Shown: piece after piece, positions 9,422 through 19,163 of the stretch
How the letters are laid out: the number at the start of each line of letters is the position of its first letter
How positions within the stretch are numbered: the stretch's first letter is position 1
Sequence record: PV754031.1
Strand: one strand, 5' to 3'
DNA length: 64,000 bases
Made by a program: the position numbers and the translations under genes
The notes under the pieces: generated by a model
Database searches by the model: none
Told to the model about the DNA's origin: nothing
The model's input: the letters and a program-made list of their open reading frames with translations, nothing else

Positions 9422-9634
9422 ATGTCAAATTCATTTAAAGCCGGTGACAAAGTTGTAGTCAACACAGATATTATTAATAGCACTGGTGAATGCGGCTATG
9501 ATCTTACACTATGCAAAGCTGGTACTGTAGTTATAATCGAATCTGTTAATGGAGACCATCTGTTAGTATATCCATCTAATAGTGGTCCTAGTAATGGGTT
9601 TTATGTTCATCTACATCAGGTTAATGCACAATGA
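9422..9634 (+). CDS. Hypothetical protein (SH3-like barrel pattern)
   Basis: FKAGDKVVV ... AGTVVII pattern. Confidence 0.7.
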   Translation: MSNSFKAGDKVVVNTDIINSTGECGYDLTLCKAGTVVIIESVNGDHLLVYPSNSGPSNGFYVHLHQVNAQ

Positions 9635-10008
9635 AACTTGAATGCGTAAGAGATACTGCACAGATCCTCTACAGTAAAAGAGCTTTTATAAAAGGTAATT
9701 ATATTGGTAGCGAATACCATATTTACCAATTACTAACCCATCTTCATCATCGCATCGTTAATGCGCTTATTGAAATATATGATGATGATTCACTAGCTGA
9801 TGTGCTAAATAAAAGTCCTGATGATATTATTATCTTATTCTCTAAACATGCGACTAATGCGTATCAGCATTACAAAGTTCTTCGCCAAAATATAAATGCT
9901 AAGATTGAAGAAGTAAATGCATCACGAAATAGGTATACTCTATGGTCTAACTTAGTAGAGGATATTCTTAAGTTTAGACTATATTGCAGTAAACTAAAGG
10001 TGGGTTGA
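9631..10008 (+). CDS. Hypothetical protein
   Basis: 125 aa, ATGA overlap. Confidence 0.7.
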   Translation: MKLECVRDTAQILYSKRAFIKGNYIGSEYHIYQLLTHLHHRIVNALIEIYDDDSLADVLNKSPDDIIILFSKHATNAYQHYKVLRQNINAKIEEVNASRNRYTLWSNLVEDILKFRLYCSKLKVG

Positions 10009-10009
10009 G

Positions 10010-10375
10010 ATGATCGAAATTAATTCTGCTGAAGTGGAAATGCTTGTTAAAACAATTACTGGCGATTTACTCTACTCTATCCACGATGGTACATATCCAG
10101 CTGAAGTTCATTGGATGTTTAAAGCAGATGTTGCAATGCTGGATGCATGGTTTGCTAAAATTTATCAGTTTGGTATGTCAAAGCAAATCCCATATGCCAG
10201 TATTCCATTTGCCAATCTAGTGGATGTATCAACTGAATGGCTATTCCAATATATGGCCAATCTGTCAGCTAATCTAGGTGATTTTGAAGAGGTCCAAGAA
10301 CCTATTTTCAATATCATCAATAAGATCCATTCAATGTGGTCAGTTTATGATAAGTATTCATGGACTGGTAGCTAA
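10010..10375 (+). CDS. Hypothetical protein
   Basis: 121 aa ORF. Confidence 0.7.
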   Translation: MIEINSAEVEMLVKTITGDLLYSIHDGTYPAEVHWMFKADVAMLDAWFAKIYQFGMSKQIPYASIPFANLVDVSTEWLFQYMANLSANLGDFEEVQEPIFNIINKIHSMWSVYDKYSWTGS

Positions 10376-10418
10376 TACTTGACCGTCCAATTAGATAGTT
10401 ATAGGACGGGAATTAGCC

Positions 10419-10754
10419 ATGTTTATAGTTGATGATAAGTGTTATAGTTGGTCAAGTACTTCGCACGGTCGTGGGAAAAGAAGCGAAATAGTTGGAGCAG
10501 GTGTTTACGTTATTGAACACATTGCAACTGGGAAGTATTTGGTAGGACTTTCAAAGACTGTTAGTAATGAAGTTGATAAACATATCGCTGCATTACGTAA
10601 TAATAGTCATCAAAATAAGGCAATGTTAGGTTTAGTACATCGGGACATGGATTTACGTTTATTAGAATATCCCATTAGTAAGGTTAGTGATCAAAAAGCA
10701 CTTATTGCTAAGATCCGAGCCACTACTGAACCTAAATATCTAATGCTTAACTAG
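10419..10754 (+). CDS. Stand-alone GIY-YIG-like domain, apparently catalytically degenerate
   Basis: GVYVIEHIATGKYLVG ... H ... L.NNSHQN aligns by eye to the I-TevI N-domain. Confidence 0.6.
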   Translation: MFIVDDKCYSWSSTSHGRGKRSEIVGAGVYVIEHIATGKYLVGLSKTVSNEVDKHIAALRNNSHQNKAMLGLVHRDMDLRLLEYPISKVSDQKALIAKIRATTEPKYLMLN

Positions 10755-10777
10755 GGAGGGTAATACCTCCCTTTCTT
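10753..10777 (+). terminator. Hairpin terminator
   Basis: AGGGAGG-GTAATA-CCTCCCT-TTC. Confidence 0.65.
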
Positions 10778-10799
10778 ATATAAGAAAAGGAAATATACA

Positions 10800-11486
10800 A
10801 TGAGTAATCCGTTAGTTATCAAATCGGCAAGTGATTTAGTAGAGCCGAAAGGAACAGACTATAAAGCACCTATTTTTAAGACTAGTTATGAATATTCAGC
10901 TATTCGTGAAAATAGTCGAAAGCAAATCGAAGAACAAATGAAGCGGTCCAAACAACCATTCGTTGTGCTTGAACGAGATGGTGATATTGGTTCGAATGTT
11001 GTATATTACACGTGCGGATGTAATAAAGAAGATCCTCTGTTTCCTGAACTAGTAATCACTGCCTGTATTACTAAGGAATCAGCCATCAACACTATCTATG
11101 CTATTTTTGAAAAATTAAAAGAAGTTAAGCAAATTACAGGCGGCGTAGAAATTGCAGATCTTCTAAGTGCATTCGAAGAAGATCAACGAATGGGTCGGCA
11201 ACCGAAGTTTGGTATTCGTCCAATTGATGCGCATCAATTTGTTTATGGCTTTGGTGGTAAACTACATGCGTATTACAATATGGATGACTATTATAACCAA
11301 TTACCAATTTGGCAAATTCTCATTAGCGATATTGAAGGATTCCTACCTACCGACAGTGGTTACCTGCAAACAGTTTGCCCACAATTTCTTTTAGCGGATA
11401 AACCATTTGGACAGGCTGGTAATATCTATCCGACAGATATTTTCAAAACTATGACATGTCGTCCTTCTACTGCAATTATTCATTAA
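10800..11486 (+). CDS. DUF4262-like protein
   Basis: YYTCG...PELVI and QILISDIEGFLP..GY...PQFLL resemble the DUF4262 consensus. Confidence 0.55.
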   Translation: MSNPLVIKSASDLVEPKGTDYKAPIFKTSYEYSAIRENSRKQIEEQMKRSKQPFVVLERDGDIGSNVVYYTCGCNKEDPLFPELVITACITKESAINTIYAIFEKLKEVKQITGGVEIADLLSAFEEDQRMGRQPKFGIRPIDAHQFVYGFGGKLHAYYNMDDYYNQLPIWQILISDIEGFLPTDSGYLQTVCPQFLLADKPFGQAGNIYPTDIFKTMTCRPSTAIIH

Positions 11487-11498
11487 GAGGTTAATATA

Positions 11499-11738
11499 AT
11501 GCGTGAGTTTCGTACTGGTCAATATTGTATTACTAAAATTGATATCCCTCACCCAAAACCCAATGCATTAACTGGTCCAACTTATTTAACAGCTGGGCAG
11601 CAGTGTCAGATCATCGTCTATGATCCATCGAAAACACCTTCTACTGGTATTCGTAAAGAAGGTGAAAACTTTGCAATGGTTTATGTAGATGAATCTGCAT
11701 TAATTGCTGATCCATCAAAACCGGTTCCAACTCTATGA
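11499..11738 (+). CDS. Hypothetical protein (SH3-like barrel pattern)
   Basis: 79 aa, GAGG RBS. Confidence 0.7.
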   Translation: MREFRTGQYCITKIDIPHPKPNALTGPTYLTAGQQCQIIVYDPSKTPSTGIRKEGENFAMVYVDESALIADPSKPVPTL

Positions 11739-12094
11739 TATTTAAATTCTTTGATGTTAATGGAGAATATGATCCACGTAACTTATGGTTACCCGCTGCA
11801 CGTCAGCTATACATCTCTATTATTAATCCAGAGGGCCATGATGTACTCTGGTATGCTAGAAAGCCAGGCACCAATGTTGCCATTTGGACACCAAAGCGAG
11901 ATGATTATGAGTTAGTTAATTGCTCAGAAATCATAAAAGCTAGACAGGTGCTATTAGCCAATCATGAGGCAGGTTCAGTAGAAAAGGCATTACATGAATA
12001 TGACTTACCTGTTAAAGGTAAATATAAATTAGCAAGTCGTACATGGGAATGTAGTGAACTATTCACTCTCCAATTTATTGAATATAATTTTTAA
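11735..12094 (+). CDS. Hypothetical protein
   Basis: 119 aa, ATGA overlap. Confidence 0.7.
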   Translation: MIFKFFDVNGEYDPRNLWLPAARQLYISIINPEGHDVLWYARKPGTNVAIWTPKRDDYELVNCSEIIKARQVLLANHEAGSVEKALHEYDLPVKGKYKLASRTWECSELFTLQFIEYNF

Positions 12095-12108
12095 ACAGGT
12101 AATTATAA

Positions 12109-12630
12109 ATGGCTCTTATTTGTGGATATGGTGAAAATGCCGTACTATTCGGCGGTGATGTTGATGTAGTCGATTATGCAATGTCTCAAAGAAAATATAC
12201 CTTAGATAATAAATTCATTATCCGTGGTATCGCTGTTATGAGTGCTGATAAAGAAGCACGACATAGTTTCTGCCGAGCTAATAGAGAGCTATTTCTTAGT
12301 CATCGCACAAAAGACTATAATGTAATCACACAACAATTCCAAGAATCGGTTAATAATTATAAAGTGATGGTTTATATTGTATTCGATGATGAGTTAGCTG
12401 TCTTTGTACCGAATACACCAATCACTGTACTGAATTATAAAAATAACCCGGATGGAGTTACTGTGATTAATAAAGGTTTCCGCTATAAACAGAGGGAGAG
12501 GCTTAAAGTTCTCATTAAAACATATCACAATGATCTACTGCTATTGGCTAAGAATATTGCAGATAATTCATTGAAAGATGTTAATCAACTAACTGTCTTT
12601 AAAGACGGAACTACCCAACGGTTTATTTAA
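12109..12630 (+). CDS. Hypothetical protein
   Basis: 173 aa ORF. Confidence 0.7.
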   Translation: MALICGYGENAVLFGGDVDVVDYAMSQRKYTLDNKFIIRGIAVMSADKEARHSFCRANRELFLSHRTKDYNVITQQFQESVNNYKVMVYIVFDDELAVFVPNTPITVLNYKNNPDGVTVINKGFRYKQRERLKVLIKTYHNDLLLLAKNIADNSLKDVNQLTVFKDGTTQRFI

Positions 12631-12641
12631 GGTATCTTTAC

Positions 12642-12941
12642 ATGACCACTAAACAACAGCGCATTACCTATCACTACCACTGTAAAGGTCTTAAACAGAC
12701 ATATCACCCAGTCATTGGTAAAGATGGGGAATTGAAACTGTCTGTACTTACACCTGATAATATTTATAGTCAATATCCATTATACGAGGATGTAGAAGAT
12801 GAAGCTATCGATAAATTATGCGATCAGGTAGAACTACTACTGAGAAAAGAACTTGTGGGTGTAATTGCTATTAAATATAATGTCGATTATCTAGCTACCC
12901 CTGGTGAGAAATTAAAAGAAGTATATAGACTCGTAATTTAA
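12642..12941 (+). CDS. Hypothetical protein
   Basis: 99 aa ORF. Confidence 0.7.
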   Translation: MTTKQQRITYHYHCKGLKQTYHPVIGKDGELKLSVLTPDNIYSQYPLYEDVEDEAIDKLCDQVELLLRKELVGVIAIKYNVDYLATPGEKLKEVYRLVI

Positions 12942-12954
12942 TAATGGTATAATT

Positions 12955-12981
12955 GCCCTCCTTCGGGAGGGCTTCTATTTC
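12955..12981 (+). terminator. Intrinsic terminator (CCCTCC family)
   Basis: GCCCTCC-TTCG-GGAGGGC-TTCTATTT. Confidence 0.8.
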
Positions 12982-12999
12982 GTAAAAAGGAAAATACAA

Positions 13000-13440
13000 A
13001 TGAAAGCGTTCATCCCAAAATGGCGCCAAGACCCAAATAACGTTGACCATAAGTATGGTTATGAACTGAATGCATACACCTCTGTTTCTGGTACTCGCGT
13101 CTTCATCGAACGTCGTGTTGAATACTACAATAAGAAAAAGAAACAATGGTGCGATGAAACAATTCAAGTAATTCATCTTGGTAAACTGAATTGTTATATT
13201 TGGAAACACTATCCAGTTATCAGTTTCAGAGATGTTGGTGTAATCTACGGTCGGTTAGAATTTGATGAACTAAAGAAAGTAAATAAACTTATTCAGAGTT
13301 CAAATTCCGTATCTATTGAACTGATGGAATCTATTTCAAAAGAATATCAGGTTTATATCACAGCTGTAATTAATAACATCAAATATGTGTTCAGCCCTGA
13401 ACGTACTTATGTATCTGATGAGGGTTACGTAGATGACTAA
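13000..13440 (+). CDS. Hypothetical protein
   Basis: 146 aa, GTAAAAAGGAA leader. Confidence 0.7.
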   Translation: MKAFIPKWRQDPNNVDHKYGYELNAYTSVSGTRVFIERRVEYYNKKKKQWCDETIQVIHLGKLNCYIWKHYPVISFRDVGVIYGRLEFDELKKVNKLIQSSNSVSIELMESISKEYQVYITAVINNIKYVFSPERTYVSDEGYVDD

Positions 13441-13894
13441 AGCAACTACTAATATCGTAATACAAGAGAAGCTTAAAGAACTCCGTCATAATAGTGATTG
13501 GATGTATTACATGACTTCCCAGTTCACTAACTGGATGTCAATGACTCCAGGTGCACTGAATTATAAAAACAACATGACCCCAGATGAGTATTACGAGCAT
13601 CTGGTAACTTGGCGGGTGATGACTGAGGATCTAATCCGAGTTCGTAAATCAATTGGTATCAGTATGTCAGGTATGATTAGTGATACACTAACACATCTTG
13701 ATGTAAATGAAGTAATGTGTGAGTTCAGTGTATCAGCTAAACTACGTGTTCATCGCAATCATTGGAAAACCAATATGCTTTACTTGGGTCTTGACTGCGG
13801 TGATCATCTATGGCGTCCTAAAGAACGAGTATTCGTAGTTGGTCAAACGGAATGGTCTCGTTTCCGCGATGCTATTGTCAATGGTGTTTACTAA
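13433..13894 (+). CDS. Hypothetical protein
   Basis: 153 aa ORF. Confidence 0.7.
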   Translation: MTKATTNIVIQEKLKELRHNSDWMYYMTSQFTNWMSMTPGALNYKNNMTPDEYYEHLVTWRVMTEDLIRVRKSIGISMSGMISDTLTHLDVNEVMCEFSVSAKLRVHRNHWKTNMLYLGLDCGDHLWRPKERVFVVGQTEWSRFRDAIVNGVY

Positions 13895-13926
13895 GTGATT
13901 CCTTTATGTATTTAGGATAATTAAAA

Positions 13927-14439
13927 ATGGCAAAAACACTCCGTGTAGTACGTGTCCGTGATGGGATCGTTGATAGTCTTAATAACGATGGTCTATGGGT
14001 TAACAAACATACCTTTTGTATGGAAGAGGTATGGGAAGCCCACAAACAAACAACCCAATTCCAGTCTTACAACTGGGGGACTATGTACTTCGTTAGTGAA
14101 AATGATGTAGCATGTAATCCATATCCTCATCATCAATACCGTGAAGTATGGATCTGTCAACGAGGTGTGCAACAAAAACTGGAACTATGTGACTATCTGG
14201 AATCCGGTATGGTTGGGGATGATCATGTTGTAGTTATTATGACCACTACGGATGGATTAGATTATAGTTTTGTAAGTGGTGTATATGGCAACCGTATTAA
14301 CTACAGTCCTTACTATGGTGATGCCATTTCTATACCTTGTACCAATAATCAAGAAGCAGACGATGTCTATCATATTCTAGCTAAAATGGCTAATGGCATA
14401 AGTCTATCTGTTCCTCTAGTAATGAAGCTGATTAAATAA
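13927..14439 (+). CDS. Hypothetical protein
   Basis: 170 aa ORF. Confidence 0.7.
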   Translation: MAKTLRVVRVRDGIVDSLNNDGLWVNKHTFCMEEVWEAHKQTTQFQSYNWGTMYFVSENDVACNPYPHHQYREVWICQRGVQQKLELCDYLESGMVGDDHVVVIMTTTDGLDYSFVSGVYGNRINYSPYYGDAISIPCTNNQEADDVYHILAKMANGISLSVPLVMKLIK

Positions 14440-14446
14440 AGGAGTA

Positions 14447-14812
14447 ATGATTATGGATTATAAATGGCATGATAAGTTCATTATAGAAATTATTAGTAAA
14501 AGTTGTAAAAAAGATGGAATTGGTAAAAGTTACTTAGTGCGTAAAGATTGGAGAGATGTTAATCAGCGTGATTACGCCATTCTATCACGTATTGGTTTCC
14601 ATGATGCTCTTTTGCTTGATGAACATGAAGTCGAATACTATTTGAACAATGTAGCATTTGATATCGCAAAGGCCGTATGGGAGTCTGAAGGTAAACCAAA
14701 AGATACTGATATGCATATTCGGGCATTGCGCGTAGATATGGATAGCCTATCTAATAGATTCAAGATATATACTGATATAAAACTAGATATGGATAAGCAC
14801 CGGAAATCGTAA
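14447..14812 (+). CDS. Hypothetical protein
   Basis: 121 aa, AGGAG RBS. Confidence 0.7.
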   Translation: MIMDYKWHDKFIIEIISKSCKKDGIGKSYLVRKDWRDVNQRDYAILSRIGFHDALLLDEHEVEYYLNNVAFDIAKAVWESEGKPKDTDMHIRALRVDMDSLSNRFKIYTDIKLDMDKHRKS

Positions 14813-14852
14813 AAGATATCCATCGTATACATTTATTAATAGGAACCTACAA

Positions 14853-15209
14853 ATGCAACTAGATAAAGACAAATTGAAAGAATTGGTAAATATCATTGAA
14901 GAGAATACACGCCTTAAAGGTAAAGTATTCCACCAGGAAACCTACTCCAGTATTCATGGTGAAATAGAGGTTCGCAGTTACGCTGGTAATTTCATTTTCT
15001 ATAAAAATCATACTACTGAACAATATGCAATGTTCAATGTAGAGTTTGACACACATGGTAAGGTAGTTAGATTCATAGCACCTGCACTATTACGTGCGAC
15101 TATTATTTGGGAATTGAACGAAGAACCAGAATACTACAAAATCAACATCGAGCAAATGCTGATCGAAGCAGTAACCAATCACTTCAATACTGCCACACTA
15201 CTACCTTGA
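14853..15209 (+). CDS. Hypothetical protein
   Basis: 118 aa, AGGA RBS. Confidence 0.7.
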   Translation: MQLDKDKLKELVNIIEENTRLKGKVFHQETYSSIHGEIEVRSYAGNFIFYKNHTTEQYAMFNVEFDTHGKVVRFIAPALLRATIIWELNEEPEYYKINIEQMLIEAVTNHFNTATLLP

Positions 15210-15255
15210 AGTTAATTGATAACCATAACTCTTATAAAGCATAGTGGATTTTATT

Positions 15256-15771
15256 ATGAATAAACCAGAATTACTTTACCATGGTTCTCTTTATAAACAA
15301 GATGAATTAATGCCAGGATTTAAAAGATCTGGTGAACTTGTTATGTGGGATGGTATTGAGTCTAACCAATACCTATATGCAACGTCATCTGAAAAAGATG
15401 CATCTTATTTAGGTATTGGTAGCGCTATCGAAAAGTTATTTGATAGTGATAGATATGCTACTGTTGATAGGGATATTACAATCTATTGTCAAAATAATAT
15501 CGATAAAAGTGATATTTTAAAAATGGTTGTGTATGTTTATACCATTCCATTTAGGGACTCTGACAAATGGATTAAGAATAATAATCCTCACAATAGCATT
15601 GATACTGAGTGGATTACGAAAAACACTATCCATGATGTTACTGTAAGGAAATTAGATATTGGTGAATTTTTAAAAGGTGCTCGCTTAACTGTCACTAAAG
15701 CACCAGTGGATGTTGATCCATTAAACATCATGTCACAATATCGTTCAGTAACAGAGCGTTATCTGTTTTAA
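15256..15771 (+). CDS. Putative ADP-ribosyltransferase-fold protein (Arr-like pattern)
   Basis: LYHGS ... YLYATS ... YVY ... TEWIT strand pattern of H-Y-E type ARTs; ATG at 15256. Confidence 0.5.
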   Translation: MNKPELLYHGSLYKQDELMPGFKRSGELVMWDGIESNQYLYATSSEKDASYLGIGSAIEKLFDSDRYATVDRDITIYCQNNIDKSDILKMVVYVYTIPFRDSDKWIKNNNPHNSIDTEWITKNTIHDVTVRKLDIGEFLKGARLTVTKAPVDVDPLNIMSQYRSVTERYLF

Positions 15772-15786
15772 TTAAATAGGTTAATT

Positions 15787-16251
15787 ATGTATCACATATC
15801 GACAGTATACCTTGGGGATTATGTTTTATTAAGGCCATATATTCCAAGTAATAGAGCTGATGGCGAAGACAGTGTAACCAACCGTATATGTGTGGCCCCA
15901 TCAGTTATTGAATGTATTGCAGCTAAAAGCGGGTGTTATGATATCGATCTTAATTTACTTGGTTCTAAATCAACTATTTACGCATACCGAAGTAATTCTA
16001 CTGACTACATTATAGGAAATGTACCTGATCAAAAACAATATAGGGAACACTGGTATTTAAAACCAACTTTATTTGCGTATGTTGGCTCTCTGCAATTATT
16101 AGAGACTGGGGTGATTAAGGTAAGTAGTGAAGTCGATATGCATTCTAAATTAATGGTATCACATCGGTTAAACTACTTCAATAATATTATTAGTAAAGAA
16201 GAACTAATACACCATTGGCATATAGAGGCTTTATCTATTTTAAATGGTTAG
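15787..16251 (+). CDS. Putative ADP-ribosyltransferase-fold protein
   Basis: MYHIS ... RICVAPS ... IYAY ... REHWY pattern. Confidence 0.4.
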   Translation: MYHISTVYLGDYVLLRPYIPSNRADGEDSVTNRICVAPSVIECIAAKSGCYDIDLNLLGSKSTIYAYRSNSTDYIIGNVPDQKQYREHWYLKPTLFAYVGSLQLLETGVIKVSSEVDMHSKLMVSHRLNYFNNIISKEELIHHWHIEALSILNG

Positions 16252-16259
16252 ATCATAAT

Positions 16260-16279
16260 TTATTTAAGATCTATATTAC
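16260..16279 (+). promoter_or_regulatory. Early promoter
   Basis: TATTTAAGATC-TATATTAC (core 16272-16279). Confidence 0.75.
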
Positions 16280-16306
16280 AAGTGTACTATCAATAAACTA
16301 ATAGGA

Positions 16307-16669
16307 GTGATACAAGTGGATTTTATAATTGAAATTATCGATAATCCCAATAGTGATACTGCGTTGTATGTTTATGATTATTGGGGTACCCTAACTACGG
16401 TTGTGGGTAATGCAAAAACCCTGGCAGAAGCATATAGTTTTAAATATTCATCCATTGACAGCATTGAAAAATTAAAAGCTGTCATTGGTAAAAATATCGA
16501 ATGCATTTTTAAAGAAATGTATGATCAATCAAATAAGGTAATTCGTGTTAATATCGTAAAAGTAGATCTAGAGAATAAGATTATTAGTAAGCGCATCGAA
16601 ATTGTAAAAAGCTATAGTGTTATCAATAGTGATGGTGAACTTATTCTAATCACAGATGTAGTACGGTAA
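16307..16669 (+). CDS. Hypothetical protein
   Basis: 120 aa, GTG start with AGGAG. Confidence 0.65.
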   Translation: MIQVDFIIEIIDNPNSDTALYVYDYWGTLTTVVGNAKTLAEAYSFKYSSIDSIEKLKAVIGKNIECIFKEMYDQSNKVIRVNIVKVDLENKIISKRIEIVKSYSVINSDGELILITDVVR

Positions 16670-16710
16670 TTGAATAAATAATTCATTAATTTAACATAGG
16701 TGATATAACC

Positions 16711-17559
16711 ATGGCACGTCGTTCTAATAAAATTCGCATTGGCTTCAACATTATTAATAATACTGGAACACCAGTTCACAGCAATGATGTAGTTGAACTA
16801 CGTAAGAGCATCATGGCTTGTTTTGGTCTGGGCGGCGATCACTATGTGCATATTGACACTATTATTGATGAATGTAATAGTTCAGTAGTGCCCAACTACA
16901 TCGACGCTGTGGTACATGTAAATCTCAACACAGCAAAACAATCCGCTCGTTTTAAAAAGATCTATGATCTGGTAAATCACCTAAAGGTTAATCTAGGCGC
17001 AACCAACGTCGTAGTAGATGCCAGTGAATATATCCAACCTAGTCATATGTCTTATATTGAAGATGATCATCTTCATATGCTAGTACGGCGAGAAGGTAAA
17101 GAAGTTATTAAAACTCTCTTCACTGATGAATATGGGGCTAAACCACTGTCCAATATGGCGTTTACTGATCACATGGTATTGGATAATGATATTTCAGGTA
17201 TCTACCTTATTGGTGAGGAAAATCGAGCTAATAAACTAACGAATATTATCTCTACCTCTATCCGAACTGGCAATTTTAATTTTAGGACAATGCTTGCTAT
17301 CCGTAATTTTTACAAAAATCAATTTAGTGGGCAATCTGCACTAATTGCCAATGCATGGGCACGCAATGGTTTTTATGTAGATGTTTTAGTTAAGTTCACT
17401 AATGGTAAAGTCATCAGCTTTGCTAAAAATGATTTTGTTGGTGGACCAACTGAACTAGAGTTCCACTATTTTGGTGTAGATGGTCGTGAGAATTGGGATA
17501 ATGCGTCAAATCGTTTTGTTCACCAAGAGTTCGAGAAAACCTATTCTGTAAAACTTTAA
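16711..17559 (+). CDS. Hypothetical protein
   Basis: 282 aa, AGGTG RBS. Confidence 0.75.
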   Translation: MARRSNKIRIGFNIINNTGTPVHSNDVVELRKSIMACFGLGGDHYVHIDTIIDECNSSVVPNYIDAVVHVNLNTAKQSARFKKIYDLVNHLKVNLGATNVVVDASEYIQPSHMSYIEDDHLHMLVRREGKEVIKTLFTDEYGAKPLSNMAFTDHMVLDNDISGIYLIGEENRANKLTNIISTSIRTGNFNFRTMLAIRNFYKNQFSGQSALIANAWARNGFYVDVLVKFTNGKVISFAKNDFVGGPTELEFHYFGVDGRENWDNASNRFVHQEFEKTYSVKL

Positions 17560-17563
17560 CCAG

Positions 17564-17595
17564 TAAAGGGCTCTTCGGAGCCCTTTATTTTTTTC
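17564..17595 (+). terminator. Intrinsic terminator
   Basis: TAAAGGGCTC-TTCG-GAGCCCTTTA-TTTTTT. Confidence 0.85.
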
Positions 17596-17616
17596 TTTAT
17601 TCAATAGGAATTTACA

Positions 17617-19140
17617 ATGATTGATACATTCATTAACTATTATGCCATGTTTATTGATATCTCTCAAAAGAACATGGTGATGGGTGGTGCGATTGGTATG
17701 GCGATTGGTGGTGTATTATGGACCACTATCCGAGGTCTACCAAGTAAGATAGTTAGATTCACATTAAATCAATTTACAGTTAGTTTACATATCACTAATA
17801 CTGGTAATGGTTTAAATGAGAAAAACTTTGACTCATTTATGGAGTGGTATATTAAACAACCATTAGCTGGATTTAATCGCCGTTTTTCAACCAACGTTGA
17901 TGAGCAAAGTTATAGTGCAACTAAACAGAAAATTGGTGTTGGTTTTGGCTTACATTTCTTTCTATTTAAAGGTAGGTTATTCTGGTTTGTAAAAGCACGT
18001 CGGGATAGTCAAATTGCCAGTAGAGATCAAATGGATATTACTATTCGAGGATTGTCTAGGAGTAGTAAACTAATTATTGATTTAGTAGATGCTTATCATT
18101 GGCGCCCAAGTGAAAGGGGTTTGACTATTTCACATTGGGACGGTAATCGTTGGGGCAATGAGATTGAAGTTACTAAACGTGACATCAATACGGTAATTCT
18201 ACGTAAAGACATCAAGGAAGAATTTCTTAGCAAAATCGAAGAATTTTATTCTGATCGGAAATGGTACGATGATCGTGGATTACCGTATAAATTCACTTGT
18301 GTTCTAACAGGTCCTCCTGGTACTGGTAAAACATCTATCAGTAAAGCCATTGCTTCACATTTCAATAAAAATGTTAGTGCGCTATCACTAGCCTCGATGA
18401 CTAACGATAGTCTTAGAAGGGCATTTACTACATTACCTAAAGGAAATATTCTTTTAATCGAAGACTTTGACGATACGCCGGCAGTTAAAGATCGCGTTTT
18501 AAGTGATCCAGTCAAAATAGATAAAGAGATAAAATCATTAGAAAAAGAGTATTCGTTTGTTGATCTGGCTGAAAAATATCCAGCTACATGGAATGACCTC
18601 AAAGATGATTATGATGGTTTTGCAATGGTTGGGGTGAACGATACTATTTATATTTTTAATGAAGAAGGTATTGACGAAGGCTATGGGTTAAGTGGCGATC
18701 TCCTGGCTGAATTTGGGGTTTCGAAATGGGCGGATGAAAATGACCCATTATTTACCACTATTAGGCGATGGTGGAAATTAAAGAATTTTGCGAAAAGTGG
18801 AACAGTAAATGAACAGTCAACCAATGGATTAACTTTGTCAGCTCTATTAAATGGGCTAGATGGCATTGTTCCACTAGATGAGACTATGACCATTCTAACT
18901 ACAAACCATCCTGAGAATATCGATAAAGCACTTCTAAGGAAAGGTCGCGTTGATTACATGGTGGAGATTCCATATCTACGAGATCAAGAAGTTAGGGAGT
19001 ATATTAAACTAATGTTCCCTGACTTCGATATTCCTGAAGATATCAGATTTAAAGATCAACCAGGGTGTGATGTAATGGCGGCTTTTTCAAATAACCGTTA
19101 TGACCCTAATGCTTTTATCAATAGTCTATTGAAATATTAA
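17617..19140 (+). CDS. BCS1-like membrane-anchored AAA+ ATPase
   Basis: N-terminal TM; Walker A GPPGTGKT, Walker B LLIEDFD; LSALLNGLDGI, TTNHPENIDKALLRKGRVD (SRH). Confidence 0.85.
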   Translation: MIDTFINYYAMFIDISQKNMVMGGAIGMAIGGVLWTTIRGLPSKIVRFTLNQFTVSLHITNTGNGLNEKNFDSFMEWYIKQPLAGFNRRFSTNVDEQSYSATKQKIGVGFGLHFFLFKGRLFWFVKARRDSQIASRDQMDITIRGLSRSSKLIIDLVDAYHWRPSERGLTISHWDGNRWGNEIEVTKRDINTVILRKDIKEEFLSKIEEFYSDRKWYDDRGLPYKFTCVLTGPPGTGKTSISKAIASHFNKNVSALSLASMTNDSLRRAFTTLPKGNILLIEDFDDTPAVKDRVLSDPVKIDKEIKSLEKEYSFVDLAEKYPATWNDLKDDYDGFAMVGVNDTIYIFNEEGIDEGYGLSGDLLAEFGVSKWADENDPLFTTIRRWWKLKNFAKSGTVNEQSTNGLTLSALLNGLDGIVPLDETMTILTTNHPENIDKALLRKGRVDYMVEIPYLRDQEVREYIKLMFPDFDIPEDIRFKDQPGCDVMAAFSNNRYDPNAFINSLLKY

Positions 19141-19163
19141 TATACTAAAAAGGAATCTGTAAA

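Noticed and set aside
13889-13910. TAC...TATGTA near-matches at 13905, 25797, 26732 and 31133
   Set aside because: The spacer is 13 or 15 nt, or TAC is altered; not counted among the nine exact sites.
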